Positions 56,481 through 64,000 of a stretch of 64,000 nucleotides of DNA are shown here, one piece after another. The translations under genes were made by a program, and so were the position numbers. The DNA is from Octopus sinensis (taxonomy: Eukaryota), in contig NC_042999.1 in assembly GCF_006345805.1 (NCBI RefSeq), positions 112,530,001 through 112,594,000 of the forward strand. The letters run 5' to 3'. Under the pieces are notes generated by a model. That model made no database searches and was not told where the DNA came from. It was given only the letters and a program-made list of their open reading frames with translations. Position 1 is the stretch's first letter, and each line of letters opens with the position of its first letter.

Positions 56481-58632
56481 CCACTTAATTGCAAAGGAAA
56501 ATTTAAGGTGCAACAACAATGGGTGGAGCTTATTTTAAAGAAATCCGTCTTGTTGAGACTACAAATAAAGCAATTAATTTTGTTGTTTTTTTTATAAGTT
56601 TTGTTTCATCTGAACATGCCTCATGTGTGTCTGTTTGTGTGTGCGCGCGTGTGTACGTGCACGCATCAGTGTGTATTGATGGTTATTCCTTTATACATGA
56701 ATGAAAGATCAAGTCACATTGACCTTTGGTGTGGCCTTGTGGAACAACCTTAAAGTTCAAGGGGCACATTACAGAAGTAGCTTGTCATTGCTTTGCTCCG
56801 AATTTTAATCCATCCAACAGGATTAATTGAATTCAGTCCATTCAAGTCGCAGGTCCCACACAGTTTCCATCAAACAAATTTCACTCTCAAGATATTGGTC
56901 AGCCCTGAAGCTATAGAAAAAGTCATCTACCAAGGGTACACACAGTAATATCAAACCCTGAAACCTGTTGTTGTGAAGCAAACTTCTTACCAACACAGCC
57001 ATGTAGATTATCAAATCATTACAACTAGTCAGTGTCTTACAACTGTGGTAGTTGCAACCAAGAGTTAGTACACCACTTTACTGTTCAGAGGAAATGATAA
57101 TTTCCCACCACATATTTTCTATACAAAAGACAGAAAGTGTCAGTTGATATCAAATGTAGTTTATACAAAACCAAAGACATTAACTACATTGTTACTGGCT
57201 GTAAAAGAATGTCCTCTAGATATCATCTTCCTTACAGCATGATGTGATTAGATGAATACACCAAAACCACTAGATCAAAGAAATTCCAACCACGTTTCGT
57301 GGTTCACTACCTCAACAACTCCTTTATAGGATCCGAATATTGTTGGGCTCTTAGAATAAAAATAGCAACCAAATTAAACCATGGGACCACAAAATGAAAG
57401 CATGCTCTGGTGTAGAAGTCAGCTGGTCACATGAGTAATAGGAATATTGCAATGGTCAAGTGTAGTAGAGGAATCTGCAAATCTAGAACACAAAATATAC
57501 TATCAGTTTTAGATTCATTATTATTAGAGCAAAAGGACATGTATCAAACTGTCTTGATCAAATTATAGTAGAACTACAGATGATTACCCTCTCTGATACA
57601 ATGAGAAACTGCAAGGCCTTCTTAAAATTTAAAGGGTAATTGTTGTGTAAATGTTTTTTTTATATATAGTATTTCTTTACCATCTTGCCATTGAGCGGGT
57701 GACTAATCATAATAAACTCTAAAACAACAATCAGGAAGAGAAAATATACAAGCATAGATTTTACACTTTCATATAAATAAATATATAGATAAATAAAATT
57801 TAATATTATTTTGTTAAAATTGAAATATTCCATTGAAAGTTAAAACAAATATTCCAATATAGATTTAGCTTTCAAAAGATGAATTTAACTTTTAAAGGCA
57901 AATTTACAAATCTTAAACCTTTACAGCAATTGTCATTTCCTGAAATTGTAGGCTTTCGCATATATTTATTATTATAAAATTGTTATTATATTCAGCATTA
58001 GGATTTAAAAACAAAATCTATCAATTTTGAATTCTGAAATAGATGAATGCAACTCCATAATTTATATTCCCTGAGAGTTTTCATTACATGATCTACCTAC
58101 AAATGTGTATCTATCTATATCACTTTACACAGTCAATCTCTGCTTCTCTTACACATAAAAATGCATTTTCTCTCCTTCTCTATCAATCTCTTTTGCACTC
58201 TCTCCAAATGTGTGTACATAGAAAGGGCATGTGTGTGTATATGCATGTATCAAACAATCTATTTTTCATTCATGCACACATGCACAAACATAAAATAATA
58301 AACTCAATTTACATATATTTATATGTTAGCATGTGTGTACATGATACGTTAATACATTATATTAACATTATTATACATGTGTATATCATATTATACATTT
58401 TTATATTATATACACAGGTACATATATAAATAGAGAGATATATTTACGTACACATGCATTTATATATATGCATATTCATGTAATAAATATGCATATATAT
58501 AAATATGCAATTTGTATATTTCTCTCAACTCACTCCTCTCTTTCTTGCTCTCTCTCTCTCTCTCGCCCCCTTCTCTCTCTCTCTCTCTCTGCATCTTCTT
58601 TGGTTTTATATATATATATATATATATATATA

Positions 58633-58665
<33 letters not shown>

Positions 58666-58746
58666 AAAGATTATGCATATGAGACTACATATAATATATA
58701 TATGCATGTACATAAGCACATCCATATAAATATCTAATATATATAT

Positions 58747-58794
<48 letters not shown>

Positions 58795-58868
58795 TAATAT
58801 ATATCTATATATATACATATATATGAATAAATGAAAGAATGGAGTCGAACGAAGATGTTAACAAAATT

Positions 58869-58961
58869 CCTTTACTCTCGACACATGTTTTGAAGACAGC
58901 ATATTTTCATTCTGAATGAATAAAGGGTGCATTATGCAATCTTCTCATCAGGAAAGAAAGG
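58869..58961 (-). ncRNA. Hammerhead copy with G12A core mutation; duplicate at 62800-62892
   Basis: Reverse complement reads CTGATGA-GAAGA..TCTTC-AAAAC-ATGT-GTC. Confidence 0.65.
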
Positions 58962-59163
58962 AGCCTCTCTCAACAACAAGACAAACAAAATTTCGATGAT
59001 TGCCTACATGGTACCCAAAGCGATAATGAGTGCTTTTTTTTAAAAATCCGTTATAAGCATTGACGTCAAAAATAGATAGTAGGAGGAAGTAAAAATAGGT
59101 AGGGGACAGTATGTTTGCTGTATGTATGGAAATGTGTGGGTGTGTGCTTGTGTTAATGAGTGC

Positions 59164-59204
<41 letters not shown>

Positions 59205-59601
59205 TGTGTATATAACTGCATTTGTGTCTGTGTGTGTGAGGGAGAGACAGACGTCAAAGATAGGTAGTAGTAAGGGAAGATATAAAGGAGTAATAGGTAG
59301 GGAAGGGGAAGTGTACGTTGATTGAAAGAATGTACGGAGGCTTAGGAAAGAATTTCCCTATAGCAGTGGTATGGACGTGAAGCTAATTGTTAAAACCACA
59401 GTGACTATCGTTATCATTTATATGAGTAGAAAGTGTGTTTCTGCCAATGTTTACATTTGTACGATTTTTCTATGAGTGTGTTTACTAGGGGAACCTTAGC
59501 GAAAAGAATATGGAAGAGCTACAAATGTTACAAAAAACACTCATTATCGCTTTGTAGGCAATCATCGAAATTTTTGTTTGTCTTGTTGTTGAGAGAGGCT
59601 C

Positions 59602-59691
59602 CTTTTCTTTCCTGATGAGAGATTGCATAATGCACCCTTTATTCCTTCGGAATGAAATATGCTGTCTTCGAAACATGTGTCGAGAGAAAAG
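59602..59691 (+). ncRNA. Type I hammerhead ribozyme with long stem II; duplicate at 63543-63631
   Basis: Stem I cttttctttc/gagagaaaag, CTGATGA 59612-59618, stem II gaga../..tcttc, GAAAC-atgt-GTC 59670-59681. Confidence 0.8.
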
Positions 59692-59879
59692 ATTTTGTAA
59701 CATCTTCGTTCAACTCCATTCTTTCATTTATTCAATATACACACTCAATTTCTACACATGACCCGAGTTTTTTACCCTTGACAGGTCGCTTCAACCGTGT
59801 TTTCTGACGTGAATTTCTACCCAGGTTTCGGTTAAACGAATTTTCCATGCTACAATAAACATAGGATAATTCACCTACT

Positions 59880-59940
<61 letters not shown>

Positions 59941-60099
59941 TATATAATATATATATATATAATATATATTATATATATGGACTCTGTGTCATGAACGACA
60001 AATGAGGGTTTAGTAAAATAAAGCGGTAATCATGTTGTATGCCTGCTGGTGCCTTGCAACCCTTTTGGTAATGGAACAAGTTGAGGACTCAGTTTGCTT

Positions 60100-60789
60100 G
60101 AGTGCTTGTGGATCATTCACTATGTGTTTTCTTTTGGGGGGGGGGGCTGAATAGCAAATTGGTGATGAGAAATGGGTATCAAGCACCAAAGACAGTGGGT
60201 AGGGAATGGAGAAACACCACACCCCATACTAAAGAAGGTATTCACCCATATAAGGTGTTATCTGTCTGATGGGATATGAATGGTTTAGTCCACTTTGGAA
60301 TTTTAAACACAAACCAAACGATGAAAAAGGAGATCAACTGCGAGCAGCTTGAGTCGCTTAAATCAGTGCTAGAAGAAAAACAACTATTTTTGGTTTGAAG
60401 ACGAAAGGTGTTCTTCCATCAGGATAATGCTCGGCCACATACAGTGAGGATGACATTCCAAAGGCTGGAGCAGTTTGAATGGGAAACAATGCCTCACCCA
60501 CCATATTCACCAGACATTGCCCCATCTGATTATCATTTATTCTGCAGTCTTCAAAATCATTTGGACAGAAAAAATATGAATTCTGTAGATGAGTCAGAAC
60601 AGTACTGGAGCAGTATTTTTTCATCACGGACAAGTGGATTTTTGGAAGAAGGGCCTTGCAAGTCTACCAGATAGATGGAAGATCACTGTAGAAAAGAGAG
60701 AGTGTATTTTGAGATTTAAAAAAACTTTGTTTATCTTGGTTTTGAAATAAAAAAAGTATAAAAAAGCACATTATTTATGGATGACCCAA
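60100..60789 (+). mobile_element. mariner (D,D34D-type) transposase pseudogene with right TIR
   Basis: GDEKW, FHQDNARPHT, HPPYSPDIAPSDYHLF; ends ttatggatgacccaa-TA. Confidence 0.9.
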
Positions 60790-60905
60790 TATATACATAT
60801 TGTTATGTATGTATATAAACATACACACACATACTTACATACATAAACATACATACACACATATATACATATATATGTGTGTGTGTATGTGTATGTATGC
60901 ATATA

Positions 60906-62152
60906 TTATTATTATTATATAACTGTCCAATATTTGGTAGATTGAGGCAACTTTCTACTGCATCATCTACTACATCTCTGTGTTGCTGGGGTGTGTGCAG
61001 CATTGAGTGTTCTATTCTGCTGTTGGGGTGTGCAAACTCTTCCCAATACTGTATTGTGTTAACTTTTTTCTTGGGGTGTGGTGTTGTCTTTTGTGTGCTT
61101 GTATTGTGTGCGTTGAGTGTGTAATGTTTTGGTTTTCTAGCTTGCTGGTGGGAGTTTATTTCATTGGGTAGGTGCTGTATAGAAGGTGTCTTGTATTTGT
61201 GGGTTGTTTTGTTTAGGTCGTATTATTGAATTAATAATGTCTTCTGTAGAATGTGGGCTGTTCTTAGCAGGGCTATTTTTTGGACAATGTGTAGTGTTGA
61301 AGATCCAAGTATAGCTTCTACATTTTTGTTCATGTGATTTTTTTATCATGCCCAATGCTCCAATTATTATAGGTATTGTTTTTACCTTCATGCCCCACAT
61401 TTTGAATATTTCAATTTTGAGATCTTTGTACATCGACAATTACTCCACTTCTTTTTTGAAAATATTTTGATCAGAAGGGACTGCAATGTCTATCAGTAAG
61501 CAAGTGTTTTTTTCCCCAATCCTTGACTATTATGTCTGGGTGATTAGCTTTTACTTCTTTGCCTGTTTGAACCAGTATCTCCCAGATAATTGTGGCCTGA
61601 TCGTTGTCTTGTACCTTTCTTGGTACATGCTTATAGCACCTGTGTCAGTTTTGATGTTGTAACATTGGCATATTGTCCAGTAGATATAACTGCTTACTTT
61701 GTCATGTCTTTATACATATTCAGACTTGGCAAAGACTGGGCAGCCCGTGATGATGTGGTCAGCTGTTTCGTTGTTGTGGTTGCACATTCTGTATTAGGTG
61801 TTGAGGCCTGTTTTCATTATTTTTTTTTTGGCTTTTATAATTGTTTGTAGTCAGGCATTGATCTTGTGCAGAAAGAATCAGTCCTTCCATTTCGGCTTTT
61901 AGTCCAGAGCTTTTGAGCCATTGTTAACTTTTACTTAGGCTCACTTCCTCTCTATCAAATCTTAAAGTCATTTTTCTCTCCATTTCTTCTTCAGTATCTT
62001 TTGTAATTCAGTTTCATGTTGTTTTTTTGTCTCTCTGACCATGTCTGCTATGTTGTCGTCTGAGGTCAGTGTGTCACGTAGTTTGCTTCTGTTTTTTTTT
62101 TTTTCTATTTCCATTTTCGTGAAACCAAATGATTGTCGTAAATGAGTGCCAT
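60906..62152 (-). mobile_element. R4/Dong-like non-LTR element 3' part (CCHC + RLE endonuclease), truncated by gap
   Basis: ETADHIITGC..RHD..HPDII..CLLIDIAVPSD..YKDLKIEIFKMW..IPIIIGALG; 3' end abuts (TAA)n. Confidence 0.8.
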
Positions 62153-62252
62153 NNNNNNNNNNNNNNNNNNNNNNNNNNNNNNNNNNNNNNNNNNNNNNNN
62201 NNNNNNNNNNNNNNNNNNNNNNNNNNNNNNNNNNNNNNNNNNNNNNNNNNNN
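62153..62252. other. Assembly gap (100 N)
   Basis: Run of n. Confidence 1.
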
Positions 62253-62539
62253 ATATATTTATATGTTAGCATTGTGTACATGATACGTTAATACATATAT
62301 TAACATTATTATACATGTGTATATCATATTATACATTTGTATATTATATACACAGGTACATATATAATAGAGAGATATATTTACGTACACATGCATTATA
62401 TATATGCCTATTCATGTAATAAATATGCATATATATAAATATGCAATTGCAATTGTATATTTCTCTCAACTCACTCCTCTCTTTCTCGCTCTCGGTCTCT
62501 CTCTCTCCCCCCTTCCTCTCTCTCTCTCTCTGCATCTTT

Positions 62540-62586
<47 letters not shown>

Positions 62587-62684
62587 CGAGAGAGAGAGAG
62601 AGAGAAGATTATGCAAGAGACATATAGAATATATGGCATATGAGCACATCCCATATATAAATCTATATATATATATTATACATC

Positions 62685-62736
<52 letters not shown>

Positions 62737-63094
62737 TATCTATATAACCGTATATATGAATAAATGAAAGAATGGATCGACGAAGATGTTAACAAAATTC
62801 CTTTACTCTCGACACATGTTTTGAAGACAGCATATTTTCATTCTGAATGAATAAAGGGTGCATTATGCAATCTTCTCATCAGGAAAGAAAGGAGCCTCTC
62901 TCAACAACAAGACAAACAAAATTTCGATGATTGCCTACATGGTACCCAAAGCGATAATGAGTGCTTTTTTTTAAAAATCCGTTATAAGCATTGACGTCAA
63001 AAATAGATAGTAGGAGGAAGTAAAAATAGGTAGGGGACAGTATGTTTGCTGTATGTATGGAAATGTGTGGGTGTGTGCTTGTGTTAATGAGTGC

Positions 63095-63143
<49 letters not shown>

Positions 63144-63819
63144 TGTGTATATAACTGCATTTGTGTCTGTGTGTGTGATGGGAGAGACAGACGTCAAAGA
63201 TAGGTAGTAGTAAGGGAAGATATAAAGGAGTAATAGGTAGGGAAGGGGAAGTGTACGTTGATTGAAAGAATGTACGGAGGCTTAGGAAAGAATTTCCCTA
63301 TAGCAGTGGTATGGACGTGAAGCTAATTGTTAAAACCACAGTGACTATCGTTTATCATTTATATGAGTAGAAAGTGTGTTTCTGCCAATGTTTACATTTG
63401 TACGATTTTTCTATGAGTGTGGTTTACTAGGGGAACCTTAGCGAAAAGAATATGGAAGAGCTACAATGTTACAAAAAAACACTCATTATCGCTTTGTAGG
63501 CAATCATCGAAATTTTTGTTTGTCTTGTTGTTGAAGAGGCTCCTTTCTTTCCTGATGAGAGATTGCATAATGCACCCTTTATTCCTTCGGAATGAAATAT
63601 GCTGTCTTCGAAACATGTGTCGAGAGAAAAGATTTTGTAACATCTTCGTTCAACTCCATTCTTTCATTTATTCAATATACACACTCAATTTCTACACATG
63701 ACCCGAGTTTCTAACCCTTGACAGGTCGCTTCAACCGTGTTTTCTGACGTGAATTTCTACCCAGGTTTCGGTTAAACGAATTTTCCATGCTACAATAAAC
63801 ATAGGATAATTCACCTACT

Positions 63820-63880
<61 letters not shown>

Positions 63881-64000
63881 TATATAATATATATATATAT
63901 AATATATATTATATATATGGACTCTGTGTCATGAACGACAAATGAGGGTTTAGTAAAATAAAGCGGTAATCATGTTGTATGCCTGCTGGTGCCTTGCAAC
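62253..64000 (+). repeat. Near-identical direct copy of 58313-60060
   Basis: Colinear match with scattered 1-bp indels; starts exactly at the gap. Confidence 0.92.

Larger units (their letters stand above)
58822..59880. mobile_element. Non-coding Penelope-type element with head-to-head inverted pLTRs, each carrying an HHR
   Basis: 58822-59040 is the reverse complement of ~59530-59735; flanked by (TA)n. Confidence 0.8.

Overview
AT-rich, microsatellite-saturated eukaryotic DNA. The SINE families, RTE and Penelope content and (TA)n/(TACA)n/(GATA)n density suggest an Octopus (cephalopod) genome; this is inference. No host protein-coding gene is confidently visible, and most ORF-track entries are microsatellite translations. 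The window holds transposable elements: a decayed Naiad-like Penelope element (~0.5-3.2 kb), a young Neptune-like Penelope 3' fragment with an inverted pLTR (6.46-8.05 kb), a near full-length GC-rich RTE LINE (9.4-13.25 kb), fragments of R4/Dong, Hero-like, CR1-like, RTE, Gypsy and Tc1/mariner elements, MITEs, and at least five SINE families. The main hidden signal is a set of type I hammerhead-ribozyme (HHR) motifs in several unrelated Penelope-type repeats. They mostly sit in (TA)n tracts, often as head-to-head inverted pairs, and include a U3-A8 core variant, long-stem-II versions and a multi-copy non-canonical CUGUNGAA core. The last 1.75 kb duplicates 58.3-60.06 kb across a 100-N gap. All coordinates were read by eye and are approximate.
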